Assembly: GCF_001194135.2 (NCBI RefSeq)
Contig: NC_068983.1
Coordinates: 149,250,051 to 149,314,050 of the forward strand
Direction: 5' to 3'
Source of the DNA: Octopus bimaculoides
Lineage: Eukaryota
DNA: 64,000 nt
The notes beneath the pieces are model-generated. The model did not search any database and was not told where the DNA came from. It saw only the letters and a list, made by a program, of their open reading frames with translations. Of this stretch, positions 9,672 through 24,600 are shown piece by piece. The first letter of the stretch is position 1. Each line of letters opens with the position of its first letter. A program made the translations under genes and the position numbers.

Positions 9672-12600
9672 GTAAGTAGTCATTTTGTTAAACCATTGAT
9701 TATTCCTTATCTATATTTCAATGTCTCTCTGCGATATGTGTGTATCTATCTATCTATGTATGCATGCTTATATATATATATATATATATTGTATATAGTG
9801 AGCGGCAAGTTTTCGGCGAACCGTATCATCTTTCAAATTCTGATACTTTGGAGTCGTTTCTGTCATATCTGTTTGATACTAGTGCGAAATGTATGACTGC
9901 TTTAGTTCCTTCTTACTTAACTCTTTTCCTTACTCCTTTAATAGCTGAAGGTTGATAAATGACCAATGGGCTTTGAAATTCAGCGAAATGCACATTTTAT
10001 TCCTAGATGTAAATATTAAACTGATCATAACAGACATTTTTCTAATTCTTACTGACATATATACTTTCGATCTTTATATTTATGCATTGTGTGATTAATT
10101 ACATCTAATTCAACTTTCGCCCTTTATCATAGTCGTTTCTATAAAGCGATTTAGTCGCTTAACTTTTAATTAAGACGATTGATTACTGCTAACTATAGGA
10201 TAGTTCTTAAAACATGTTAGAATGTATCTAGGCATACAAACTTCGTGTGAATTTAGTTAACTGTTTGGTAACCCCATTCTCTTGGTTCTTAACCATTTTC
10301 TAAGTGAAAACGCTGTCATTCAAACATCTGCTAACCAATTTGTTCGACGCTACGCTGTTTATTGTCTTTTTTAAAACATTGTGATAATTTCTTTCTCCAA
10401 AATCCATGTTATCACCCTTTACTGTTTAATTTATTGTTATGAAATAAATTTGAATATTCTGGGGGTTTGCTAAACTTCTTGTTTCTTCTTCGTATATAAG
10501 ATATCAAAAGTTTTACTTTTTGAAATTATTTTACCTCTGATTTTTTACTATGTCAAATCTAATTTTAAATATTTCAGTTATATATTGTAACAGAAGTTGT
10601 CTTAACTTTTTATAATTTATTTGAAATTATATTTTGATTCATCTTTCTGAGTTTAAAACCTTTCAGTTTGATGTACTTGTTATATACTAATTTAAAGACA
10701 AGTTTCTACGCCTCCCCACAGAAGCTCATCGGAAATTAAAAGTAACCTGTCCACATACCGACTTTCCGACTCGGTTTCGATTTCCGGTTATTTCCATTAC
10801 GCCTATTTTGTTCACGTCCTCTAGAAAACATGAACACCCTACAGTCTCATATTTTGCCTTGAAGTATCTAGCTCCTGCAAGAATTTTTGTAGTATTTGCG
10901 GACTTCATGTGTTTAGCAATGTGATGATCGTTATATATCATTACCTTTTCTTGTGAAACTGTCAAACCAGTGAAGGATTGTCTAGAGTAAGTCACCCAGG
11001 TAGAAATAGTAACCAAATCTTCCTCTAACTTCACACTACCATCTAAAAAAGAAAAATTTGTGACATGCAGTCCGAGATGCGCTGTTTGACAAAAAAAAAG
11101 GTCTTGAGGTTTAAATGCTTTCTGTATTAGGTTTGCTTGATCAGGACTGACTTATGGCTAAACAACTTTTGTCATAAACCTTTTTTCTGTTCTTGGATCC
11201 ACGTTATATGAATACTTTTCTCAAATGCAAGAATGCACCAGCACATTTTCTCGTTACTATAAAGCATGCGTTTTGTGAGTTTTAGGTGGACTTTGTAGTT
11301 TGAAGTATGGGACCTAAGCTAAATATTAAAATATTCGCAGTGACAAAAAAAATATGTTTTGTGTTAAGTTACCTTTAATATTTATATATGATCAAATCGA
11401 GAGCATGAAGGTAACTTATCAAAGAATAAGTCCTGGGGTCGATTTGCCCGACTAAAGGCGGTGATCCAGCATGGCCGCAGTCAAATGACTGAAACAAGTA
11501 AAAGAGTATAAATTAATATTACTGAAAATGTTACCGGTCCCTGGCACATTGGTAAAAAACTGCCGATATACCACATCAGATAGTTTGAGAAGCACTGCTC
11601 TAAATCACATTATATAATGTGTCCATTATGTTGTTTAATGGAGAATTAGCTGCTATTTCTTGCAGGTTGAGTGACCATAGGCATTACTGTTTCTAGTATA
11701 GGATTGAGCCTAGTATTGTGGTTAATAAATTCTTGTACCTGTGAAGTTGCATCACTCCCTGAAGTAAAATGACATCACCAAGAACTATAAGCCACAGAGG
11801 TTGGACAAACCCATGTTGCTTTCACCAAATTGATCAGCCAAGTCATTAACCTCTTTTCAGATCAGTTGAACCAATTATGTGCCAAATCATTTTCTTTTTA
11901 TCCCTAGCACTTGTTGGTAAGCTTTCACATAACTTTACAAGTCCATTAATTTTTGATAAAATGATTAGTAAGAGGAAAGGTGTTTAGCTGTGAAAACTAC
12001 TTTACATCCATTCTATCCATACTATGTGGAAATGTTCAACAGTTATACTCCTAACAACCTTAATGTATATTATAAATCTTCATCTTTAACATCCATTTTT
12101 CTGTGTTTGCATGATCACAGAATGTTAGGACAGATTTTCTCCAACTAGTTGTCCTTCCCATCACCAAACCTTACCTGTTTCCAGCCACATATTTTTTTCT
12201 TGGCCAGACCTGTTTTTCAGTAAGATTAAATCAACACTGCTTGTATGATGGTGACACTGGTTAATAATCATCATGTGATGACAAGACAGGGTACACACAA
12301 GCATCAAGCTTCCTGCAGTTTCCATCTATCAGATTCACTCACGAGCCTTTGGTTAGCCAAGTGCTATTCAAGAAGATATTTCACCAAGTTGCCATGCAGT
12401 GGGACTAAACTTGAAACCACATAGTTGGGAAGCAAGTTTCATAAGCACAATATTTCTCCACTTGCATATGAAAATTAATACTTTTCTGTTTAATATGTTT
12501 TGGGTTATTTAAGTTTCTTTATAATTCTATATGCTTTATTTCATTTAACTGTTATGAACAGATATCCAATAATCTGGATGTATTATACACTTTAGACTTG

Positions 12601-15600
12601 TGCCCTGTCACAAGGAAGAAGCATTTGTTTTATCTGTTTAGCCTTTCATGGCTAAGTCAACAACTTATTTCCTGGAGAGGTCATTGAGGTGTATTGAAAT
12701 ACAATCACTTAAGAATGGTGGAAATTATCTACATCACCTTGTTAGAAATTCTTACTGCTTTATAATGTTTCTGGCATTAACTCATATTTAATCATTTCAA
12801 AAACACTTACATTCAAGGAACCTTCACTCTAAAGTAGTTTTTAAGTTCCAGTTGCATGATTCGTCTGCTGTGTTAATGATAATACTGGTAAATTATTTTG
12901 TCTTTTACACAGCCTTTATTTTTCTGACATATTTTCTGAGGCTAAACAATGGACAGTAATAATGTAGAGAATTTGGAATTCCCTTATAATTGTCTTTGAC
13001 TCTAAGCAAAGATGCAGTCCTGTTAGCCTTGTTGATCTCATTGTTTATACTGTCCATTCTTATTTCTCAGTTGAGATTAATCCCTTTTGAGAAAAACTTT
13101 TTAATTCCTACAAATATGCTATTCTCCAAAATCCTTCCAACAACATACATGTTAGGGAAGAGTGCTTTTATTTAGTATGTATGAAATTATTAAATCCTTT
13201 TTAGATTCATTGTCAAATGGTCATAGCTGCTTAGAACTTGATTGAAGTAAGATGGTAACCAGCTATGCTCCAATGCTCACTAAACTGAGGATACTTTCTC
13301 CTTTAAACTCTTCACTTGGTATGTTGTTGGCACTCCGTTGCTTACGATATCGAGGGTTCCAATTGATCCGATCAACGGAACAGCCTGCTCGTGAAATTAA
13401 CGTGCAAGTGGCTGAGCACTGCACAGACACGTGTACCCGTAACGTAGTTCTCGGGGATATTCAGCGTGACACAGAGTGTGACAAGGCTGACCCTTTGAAT
13501 TACAGGCACAACAGAAACAGGAAGTGAGAGAGAGAAAGTTGTGGCGAAAGAGTACAGCAGGGTTCAACACCATCCCCTGCCGGAGCCTCGTGGAGCTTTA
13601 GGTGTTTTCGCTCAATAAACACTCACAGTGCCCAGTCTGGGAATCGAAACCGCGATACTATGACCGCGAGTGCGCTGCCCTAACACTGGGCCATTGCGCC
13701 TTGACACTTGCTATGACATTAGTTAAAAGGTATTTGTTATAAAGAGAAACTAGAATACAAGAAAAAAATGAAAATTTGTTGTTAATTAGTATCCTTAACT
13801 TAGTGCTTTTGTTATTTGCTGGAACAGCGTACTCATTAGACTTCATTTTTAATAATTACTTTATTCTGAAACAAAAACTATTAATCACCTAGTAATACCA
13901 TCTGCCAGTAAAACTATTCAGTATCGTTGATCAAACTATACAAATGCCATTGATCAAAGTATAAACCTGAGAGTAATCAAATTTACAAAAAATTGACTTT
14001 GTAAGATTTATGATTCGTGTTGATACAATTATAATTAAAAGTACTGCAGATAAACCTTTTCATATATTACATTGTGTCCATTGGCACTCATGCTACAGTG
14101 TGTTTGTGTGCCATGTAATGGTTGTCTGGCCACACATTCAATCAACAGTTAACTTGTACACCAATGTAATTCTTCCTGGAAGAAGTGATGAAGTGGAATT
14201 CAAGTGATTGGGACATAACTAGTGTCCCAGTTTTGGTTCAATAGAGCCAAGATTGTTCTTATTGTATCTGTGAAGTCAATGGGGAATAAAGAAAAATTTT
14301 GGAACTGTGTGCCAAACAGGCAGGTGTATAATGAGGTAGTACTCACAAGAGGTCATTTTGTGAACAGTACAATTATGGTGAGTTTCATACATAATTATTG
14401 TTGATGAATCAAGGATACTTAACAATGTTGATTCTTTCACCTTCCTTCTCTCTCAATGAATGAAATGGCTTTGCTTTTTTTTTATTTTAGGTTTCCTACT
14501 GCTGTTCTTTGGAGCTGCTGTCTATTCCAACCCTATAGAACTTACACCGGACAATTTTCAATCAAAAGTAGTAAACAGTGATTCTCTTTGGATTGTTATG
14601 TTCTATGCACCATGGTATGATCACTTTATTTCATTCACTTATAAGTTTTCTCACATTTAAAACATTAGACAAAAGCCTACAGCATTTATTACATTCCGTT
14701 TCATTACAGTTCAGGGTCAGTAGAAGTTTTTGCCAAAATCACCATCTTTTACACTCTGAGAAATTATGTCAGTGTGTATCTCGTAACTCAAATGAAAATT
14801 CTTACCCAAAACGTCAGTCTCTACTTCATCTCACGACATTTTATTTTTGATGGAGATGATACTAGTACAGATCCATCACTAACTTACTAATTATTGTGAC
14901 TGTCCTTATTTACTTTACAACTCTCAGTTGGGTTTGGGTTCATAGAAATAGTCTAAATCAACTTTGGAAGAAGCATTTGGGTCTGTAATCCTCACAAATA
15001 ACATGACTCAGTAATCTAATCACATAGACAAACTAAAAGATTATATTACAGACTCATCCATCTCATAAAATATGTTTAAGATTTGAATTATTTCAAGGGC
15101 ATTTATTTCTGTAATCAAAATGTTGTATCAGTTTTATCCATGATCTGGGCATGGTGTCTAATATTGATTTCAAATTTTGGCACAAGGCCAGAAATTTCAA
15201 GAGAGGAGGTTTGTCGATTACTTCAGCCCCAGTGCTCAACTGGTATTTTATCAACCCTGAAAGGATAAAAAGCAAAGTCAACCCCAACAGCATTCCATTC
15301 CATTCTATTCCATTCTTCTTCATTCAGTTTTAAGACCACTTAAAGTAGTAATGGCTTTGTCTAGTGCTGTTATGATACACCCAATCTGAACAATCACGCG
15401 AGAGATGCCCCAAATTTATCAAGAACTTCTGTAGTAAACACCTGTGGCATAGGCACCAATATAGTCATATGAAAGTTGGCACATTGAAAGCTTGTTTATG
15501 CAGCAAGCTGCACATAAGAATGTGTTTATTTATTGCACCAGACATAATGTTGTTTTGTAGTTTTAATTATATACTATAACAAAATACAACTAAACTCTTG

Positions 15601-18600
15601 TATTTTACTTTTTTATTTCATTGCTAATAACTTAGCTTTTAACATCTCAACTGTCAAATATATAATAGTAAAATATTGATTTTTTTTTAAAACTATTTAT
15701 TATAAGTATTTGTTTTACAGTAGTTACATTTGCAGCTGTTAAAAATTCTATTTTTCATGTCATTTGGTATGAGATTATAGCATTAGTTTTTTGTGTTTTC
15801 CCTCATTTTAGCATAAACTAAATGAGATTTCATTTTCATTTAAACCTAGTTTTCTTGACATCAACAATGTTTCTTTAACCCATTGCATTTCAGGAGACAT
15901 TGCAAACCTTGTAGTGATTCATAGAAATATACTTCTATGGTTTCCTGCTCCCAGCTCATGGAAGGGTTTGAAACATTGCTATTAAAGTATCTCATAAACT
16001 TAATACCATTTCATGTATTAGCTAAGGGAGCTTCTACATAGTCATTTGACCAGCTAAATGTAACAGCCATATCTCCTAAATTACACTCTATCTTAAAACA
16101 GTGGAGTGTAATTTGACAATTCTTAAGATTCCACAATCTTCAAAACAGAAAGGATGCATCTAGATAGTCATAACAGGAATATCTCTGATGGTATGGCTGC
16201 TCAGACAATTCTACTATAGGCACAAGGCTCTGGAAGGATGAATGGCAAAGTCAACCTCAGCAGAACTTGAACTCAGAACATAAAGACGGGTGAAATGCCG
16301 CTAAGCATTTTGTCTGGACTACTAACGATTCTGCCAGCTTGCTTGCCTTCAGAAGCTACCTTCTCAAGTAATGCAGACTCATAAGGGCTGGTTTCCATGG
16401 TGTATAAATTCCCCACCTGGACGGGACACCAGTCCGTCAAAGGAATACTCATTTTTGCCAGCAGAGTGAACTGAAACAACATGAAATGAAATGTTTTGCT
16501 CAAGAACACAATGTGTCACCTGGTCCAGGATTCAAAATCATAATTTTATAATCATGAGTCCAACACCTTAACCACTAAGCCATACACCTCCACACAATTC
16601 TACTAATAATAATAATGTTTGTTTTTGGTTAATCTTTTTTTAGGTGTGGACATTGCCAATCCTTTAAACCTGAATTCGCTAAAGCTGCTGAAATTTTAAA
16701 GGTAAGCATATTTGGCATTAGAAAAAGCATCCAGCCATAGAAACTTTACCAAGTCAGACTGGAATTTGGTGCAACTCTCCAGCTTACCTGTTCTACTCTA
16801 ACCCATGCTAGCAGGAAAAAGCAGACGTTAAATGATGATGATAATGCATACCAAACAATCTATAATATACGTATATACGCTAAACATACAGACACAGGTA
16901 CATGGCTACAGATATATAGGCAAGACAAAAATATATACAAATGCATATATATGAAAACACACACAAAATCTCCTGGTGTGTGCTTGTACAAGTTGTTACA
17001 GATAAAAGAAAGAAAAGGAAAAAATCAGAATAAGTTGTGGGGAGAAGAAAAAGAAATAGCAGGTCATCCCATAAGTTCTGTCCAAATTTTAAATAAAGAA
17101 AACACGTGATTAAATGTTAAATTTAATTGAAATTTAATCATCAATGTACTTTACTTGATTATGAGTTCCTTCCATCTATTTACAAGCTTTTTAATCCCAT
17201 CAATGTAAAACTCTTTTGGTTTCAAAGTGAAGAACTCTGAAATGTCAGTTTCGACCTCCTCCTGGCTTGCGAAAGTTATGTCCCACAAATGATTCTGTAA
17301 ACTACGAAACAAATGGTAGTCGGGAGAATAAGGTGGATGAGGAATTTTTTCCCAACCAAGCTCTTCAATCTTCAGTGATATGATCTTTGCTGTGTGTGGT
17401 TGTGCATTGTCCTGATGAAACATCACTCCTTTTTGATTCACNNNNNNNNNNNNNNNNNNNNNNNNNNNNNNNNNNNNNNNNNNNNNNNNNNNNNNNNNNN
17501 NNNNNNNNNNNNNNNNNNNNNNNNNNNNNNNNNNNNNNNNNNNNNNNNNNNNNNNNNNNNNNNNNNNNNNNNNNNNNNNNNNNNNNNNNNNNNNNNNNNN
17601 NNNNNNNNNNNNNNNNNNNNNNNNNNNNNNNNNNNNNNNNNNNNNNNNNNNNNNNNNNNNNNNNNNNNNNNNNNNNNNNNNNNNNNNNNNNNNNNNNNNN
17701 NNNNNNNNNNNNNNNNNNNNNNNNNNNNNNNNNNNNNNNNNNNNNNNNNNNNNNNNNNNNNNNNNNNNNNNNNNNNNNNNNNNNNNNNNNNNNNNNNNNN
17801 NNNNNNNNNNNNNNNNNNNNNNNNNNNNNNNNNNNNNNNNNNNNNNNNNNNNNNNNNNNNNNNNNNNNNNNNNNNNNNNNNNNNNNNNNNNNNNNNNNNN
17901 NNNNNNNNNNNNNNNNNNNNNNNNNNNNNNNNNNNNNNNNNNNNNNNNNNNNNNNNNNNNNNNNNNNNNNNNNNNNNNNNNNNNNNNNNNNNNNNNNNNN
18001 NNNNNNNNNNNNNNNNNNNNNNNNNNNNNNNNNNNNNNNNNNNNNNNNNNNNNNNNNNNNNNNNNNNNNNNNNNNNNNNNNNNNNNNNNNNNNNNNNNNN
18101 NNNNNNNNNNNNNNNNNNNNNNNNNNNNNNNNNNNNNNNNNNNNNNNNNNNNNNNNNNNNNNNNNNNNNNNNNNNNNNNNNNNNNNNNNNNNNNNNNNNN
18201 NNNNNNNNNNNNNNGTATGTTTCGAGTCCCTTCGGCTGCAGAGTTTCCTTTTTTTGTATTCATAAAGCATTATCTGCCATAAATGCTCTTTGGCTACTTC
18301 CATGTTAGAAAGGGTTTTAATCAAAGAAATTTTAATTTTATTATTCTGTAAAATAATATTTAATTAGTTTAAATGTACATGCATAAAAATAATTTTTAAT
18401 TCCATTAGACATTCTACAATACTATTAAATTTCATTCAATTTTAAAAAGGGTAAAATCGGACAGAACTTATGGGATGACTTGATACATGAAAGAGAAACG
18501 GAAAATTAGAGAGGGAAAGGGAAAAAATAGAGGTAGAGAGAGTGAAATGATGGCATTCAAAAAGTATCTAACAAAGGTTAGATACTTCATTCAACTTGCA

Positions 18601-21600
18601 AAACATACACATATAAAAATGCACACATAAATTTACATGTATGTCTACATAAATACAAACATACAAATATGCTGCTTTTTAATAAAGCATATTACTCCAC
18701 CTTGTTTCGCATTTATGTGCTTACTCTAGCATGTATGTATATATACATATATATACTTCTAATATAAGGATAAAAGTTTTCAAAAAAATTCTATCAGTGG
18801 CCAACATATTAAAATACCTTTCAAGTTGGAAATATAAACAATTATAAATAAGGGCAAAAGAAAAATTTTCCTATGCTGAAAATTAGACCTTAAACCACAT
18901 ACAATATTTTTCACCATAAATACACAGCCTGCTGAATCAAGGAAAGCAAGCTAACAGAAATTTCATCATCATTTAACATTCACCTGCTGCCTAGATTTTT
19001 ACATATAGAGAAAGAGTTGAAAAAAATATCTTGACATCATGTGCTAATTGTAAACATATGTCACTGTTGAAAAAATTGACTGGACTAAAGTAAAATATTC
19101 TCTTGCTCAGAAAGAGTTCCTAGCTGTAGATCTAGCTCAATGAAATTTATCTGACCCGTGTACATATAAAAAAAAGATGATGTTAATTTAAGGTAGTGTA
19201 CTATCATAGAAAAATGTTACCATTATTATAGCGATTCAAAGTCATTAATGAACCTTGCTCAATGACACATATAAATAACTCTCTGCCTTTTCTTCAAAAT
19301 TAGTTACACCAGTTATTTTGGTCAATATATGTAACTGACTTCTGGTTCTGTCATCTGATTCTGCGCTTGTAACTGAGAAGATGACTAACATTTAGTTTTC
19401 TCATAATGCACACACTTAATTCTGGAGTTTAGGAGTTCTTGAAAAAGTTCATATTATATACAAATGAATAACAGAAAATTTAGGAAATAAGTAACTTAAC
19501 TTATTCCTTAATTGAGATAANNNNNNNNNNAAGTTTCTTAGTTGTAGAACCTGTTTTTGAGAAAAGCAACAGGCTTTGCTCAAGGATGTGTATAGATAGC
19601 TCTATTTATCTTTTATTTGATATTAACATGTTTTGAGCAAAAGTTGTGTTTACAATATGACTCATGTGATCATTGCTTGATTCATCAGAAATGTGTTCTG
19701 GAAGTAAAGGTAGCAATAACAGTACCCAAAGTCCATCAGTACTGTAATGTTCTGATATCACTGAGATTTTTCACTCCTCAAGTTGAGCTCCATATTACAA
19801 TTTAATCAAATATTCATCAGTTACACAATGCATTTGCAGCCTACAGGACTGAAATTGTAGCTGTACATGATATCCATTTATAGCAAAAATGTACTGGGCT
19901 ATTATAGGAAGTTGGGTGGTTTACAGTGTTGGTAACAGGATATAAATCAGTAGGTGACTACTTATAGTTGCCTAGTTGTGATTTTTGTACTATTAAGATG
20001 ATTGATTGCAGTGGTGGTGGGCAGGGGTCTTTCAGAGGAGTGTGGAAAATAGTGTTCTCAGATACTATTAATTTATATTATAAGTATATGACTCTCTAAG
20101 GTTTATTCTTTATATATGTCTGAAAATAAATTTTAATGCTGTGTGTGTGTGTGTTTTTTTGTTTTTTTTTTCTATTAAGGGTATTGTGAAACTTGGGCAA
20201 CTTGATGCTGATGCTCACCGAGGAATGGCTGGGGAATATGGTATCCAAGGTTTCCCCACTATTAAAGTGTTTGGGCAGCATAAATCTAAGCCAGAAGATT
20301 ATCAAGGTTTGTGTTTTTAAGAAACATTTTTTTAATATTATTTAAACTGCAGATGTCACCTACCTCTAGTAACATTTTTGATATCCACCTGCCACCAGAA
20401 ACCCATCTTTCCCTCTCTAGTTCAAAACTTTCGGTTTATCAATGACGATGTTGACACAGGGACAAGTAGATTAGATGAAATTGACTTGGAGACAAGTAGA
20501 TGTAAGCATAAAGCATTTAAACTGGCTATATCTCACCCAAATATTCTACCTGTTATATGTTCAAGCTGGCTGGATCCAACCTCTCACACCTAACATACAA
20601 TGTCATTCTGAATATGGATAATCACATCAGTGAAATGTTGAAGACATGAGATAATGCATGGTTTTAATTCAAAACTTTGCGAATAAATCTACATTACATT
20701 TGACAGTGATTTGAATGCTAAAAGAATTAACAGCTGCTGTCTATGGGAATTCTTGTATACTGATGACTCCAGACACGGTAAAACCTAAAAGTAAATTTAT
20801 TACAGACTAAAACTGTGTTAAACATGAAAGAAAAGTCTCTTGACTGAAGGCAAATCTCTTAAATCAAGTAAATGTATTCAATGTGAACTATAGATGCACA
20901 ACACAAAGCATAGTGGGATGGTAAGCAGTCTGATAAAAAAGGGAAACTTCATATGTAACAGATGCATAGCAGCAGTCAGTTATAAGACTACTTGTGAAAT
21001 GGATTCTTTCATATGCTTGGAAACATCTCTAGAAGTAGTTAATAGTCTTTGTTACCAAAATGGTGTAATCAGTAGTGGAGATGGCTCTTCTGAAAGTATA
21101 GTAATCTGAATAAGAACAGCTGGAAAAAGTTAAGATGCTGTGACATTTACTGGTATGGGTTTCTCTATGAAAGTAAAGGGTAGATTGATGCTTATATACA
21201 AAGTGCAATACTGCTGCATAGAAGCACTGTGGACATTCAATACAGCAGATTTGCAAAGGCTAGAAAGAAATGAGCCAGGCACTTGCTGCTGAGTGTGTAA
21301 TGTTCATGTGCACAAAGAACTGAGAAAAAAATATATGAGGAATCAAATGTGTACAAGAGAGAAGACTCCTCTGGTACAGCATGTGATTGACACGAAAGAT
21401 GTCGGCTGTATAAAGAAGTGCCAAGTGCCCCAAATTGGTGGAGTCCATGGTAGAGGGGAGACAAAGTAGTGACAACTAATCTCCTGAAGGAGTTGACTAA
21501 GGATCATGGCGAGTGGTGATATGTCATGCTAGAGAAGATGCACCTGTAGTAACGCCGTGCGCATGCGTGGAATTCAACAACCAAGCTTTCCCGCTTCATT

Positions 21601-24600
21601 CTGCCTCTTTCTTGCTGGCCAGCGATTGAGCATGGACGTGTTTAGCTGTCTCTCTCCATCTTTTGAACTTACGCTCGACAGCTCGCTTACATCTACATAC
21701 CAACGTCCCAACAACCATGCTCACACACACAGAAGACATAACAGTAAACAAGAGCTAAAGATGTATATATATTCCACCTTAAATAAATGTTGTTTAAGTT
21801 GATAGTCTGGAGTTCAGCGTTCCGTTATATTCTTAATATTATATAGGAAAGTCAGGTATACATCTAATGATGTATAACCCACTTTCCTATACACCTATCT
21901 GCACAGACGTTGCCAAACGGATGTTAAAAATGTTGAGGATGGGGAAAAAGAGATAAAGGAAAAGCAGAAGAAGAAAGGCTATTGGGTACCATAGGGATGA
22001 AGGATGGGTGAGAGAGGCTTGAAAGAAGAGGGTCTGTAGAGACGGGAGAAGAGCACGCAAAGAAAATTATATCTTAAATATGTGCAAATATTGTTTTTTT
22101 ATTTAGTTTGGTATATTTATATGCACAGTTAGGAAGGGCATCCAGCTGTAGAAACTCTGCCAAATCAGACTGGAGCCTGGTGTAGCCATCTGGTTCACCA
22201 GTCCTCAGTCAAATCGTCCAACCCATACTAGCATGGAAAGCGGACGTTAAAAGACGACTACAGTATTTTAGTCATGTTAGAAGGCCAATGAAAGGTAACC
22301 TAGATGGTCATGTAAAGAGAGCCAATGTAAAAATGACATTTGAAGTGATATGTAAGGTAATAATAGGGGTAAAAAAAAAAGCATCCCTTTAAGAACAGCA
22401 ATGCATGTATCTGAGAAATAATTTAAACTACCCATAGTTTTAGATTTTCTTGTGTAATTAGTTGTCACATGAGTAGGCCACTTGTTTGCGTAATAGTTCA
22501 TTTATAAACTTGATAATGTGCTTATGATATCAGAAAATATTTATGGTTTGTCTTTGAAGGTGGTCGAACTGCAAATAGTGTTGTAGAAGCTGCCAAGAAA
22601 TATCTGTCTAATATGATATCTCAACGAACACGTGGTGGCGGTGGTGGCAGTAGCAGTGGTGGTGGCAGCAGTGGTGGACATAAGGTTTGTATTTATTGAA
22701 ATAATCTTTGTTGGTTTTGGCTTGATTTTGTTTACAGTATTTAAAATTAAAATTAGGAGTAATCTATTTCTGGAACTTTCTTACAGTGTTTCAAAATAAA
22801 CTAAATTCTAAGATGTTTGAAATGCAATCTTTTCAATTTTTTAAATGTAATTAGAAAGCAATTTTGGTCTTTGTAACCAAAAACTGTCCTTGAATTGCTT
22901 GTGCTACATTCCTAATAATTTCTCTCTCTCTGGACCTTCCTTTAATTGCAACCAGATTTTGCAGGGTAAAAAAGATAGAAACAGAAAGTGAGATATCAAC
23001 TGTCTCACACAGCCCTTGCCACTGATTAAAACGAAATAAGTATTTTCATAAGACACACAACCACATATTTATAGGAGAGAAATAAGGTTGTTGTTAAAAC
23101 ATCTCTGAAAAGCACTCTCATAATGAATTTTTATGTAGAGATCAAATATCAAAATAATTTCTCTGAATAGACTTTAACCATTTAAGCCATTTAGATTTTG
23201 TGGTTACGGGAAAATCTTATGTATAGTCTAATTACCATATTTAAAATTTATCTTTTTGTGTTTTATATATTTAACAACTAAAATGTTTCAGTCATATAGT
23301 TAAAGTGTAACTTGAAGCAGCTGTTAATTAATTAAGCAAATTTATCATCATGTAAACTACAATACGTAACTAATTGTTCAGATTTCATAATTTAATGATT
23401 AAAACTGAAGCTAATTTTTTTGTTACTGGTCGCTAGATTATGTTTTCTTTTACATATCTTGCATTAAATGTTTGCTATTTGACTTTATATAACTATTATC
23501 CATCAAAGTGTCATTATCATTTGATTAATGAAGCAGGAGATGGTTATGATTAATTTTCATGCTTTGCAGCTGCAATTCAAAACCAGGTTATCGACTCTAT
23601 ATTCCAAAACTTTACATCTTTATGCTATCCATAACATTACTTTCCTCATATTAAAGGTCTCAGTTGCTTGTAAATTCTTCATTGCATGAAGAAATATTGT
23701 TTCAAATTGAAGTTTTGTGTAAAACAATTCAGTTTACATTGAACTGAGTTACTGTTCTCCTTAGATAAGTGTATCTAATTGAAATCTGTGTACTCCTTGT
23801 TCTTATCAATAATATCACCTGTGTTGGAGATGTTAAACTGTTACAATAAACATCATAAACTATCACTTGTGTCTACTCTTAACCCAAGAAGCATTTCACT
23901 GGTTACTTACACAAGTTTCACTTCACATCCAAAATCTAACACACATGATCAGATCACTTCAATCAATATTTTTGTCAGTTCTGTATGGCTGGGAGTAGCC
24001 AAACAATGAATAAGGAACTATATGAACAGCAGAGCAAATAATAACATTTTTGGCCTTTTATGTTCAAGCCCCAATGGGATTTGAATTTTGCCCTCAAGGT
24101 AGAGAAGTACCCATAACACAATGAAGACAGTACAATTCATTGTGAAAATTAGTTTATTTAAGCAAAAGGATATATCTTTACTGGATCTTGGTATAAACGG
24201 TTTTATTTATTTCTCTCATTTCAGACAGGCAGTGCTGATGATGTTATTGAGCTTACAGATTCCAACTTTGAAGAGATGGTATTGAAGAGTGATGATATGT
24301 GGCTGGTTGAGTTCTTTGCTCCTTGGTGTGGCCATTGCAAGAATCTTGCACCTCAGTGGCAAAGTGCAGCTACTGAATTGAAAGGCAAAGTTAAGTTAGG
24401 TGCTCTCGATGCTACTGTCCACACATTAACTTCTGAGAAATATGGTGTAAGTGTTTAATTTTTATATCCTCTATTCATCTTCTGTTGTAGCAAGGGATAG
24501 TCAAATGATGAACATCCGAGAAACCAGCTTTCCACATGCTAGTCTATTAAAACCTTTTAACCATGAGATCATTTGTGCTTAGTCTTGCTAGTTAATGAGA

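Noticed and set aside
20760-20786. Second hammerhead-like CTGATGA motif
   Set aside because: No GAAA core after the putative stem II and no convincing stem I or stem III.
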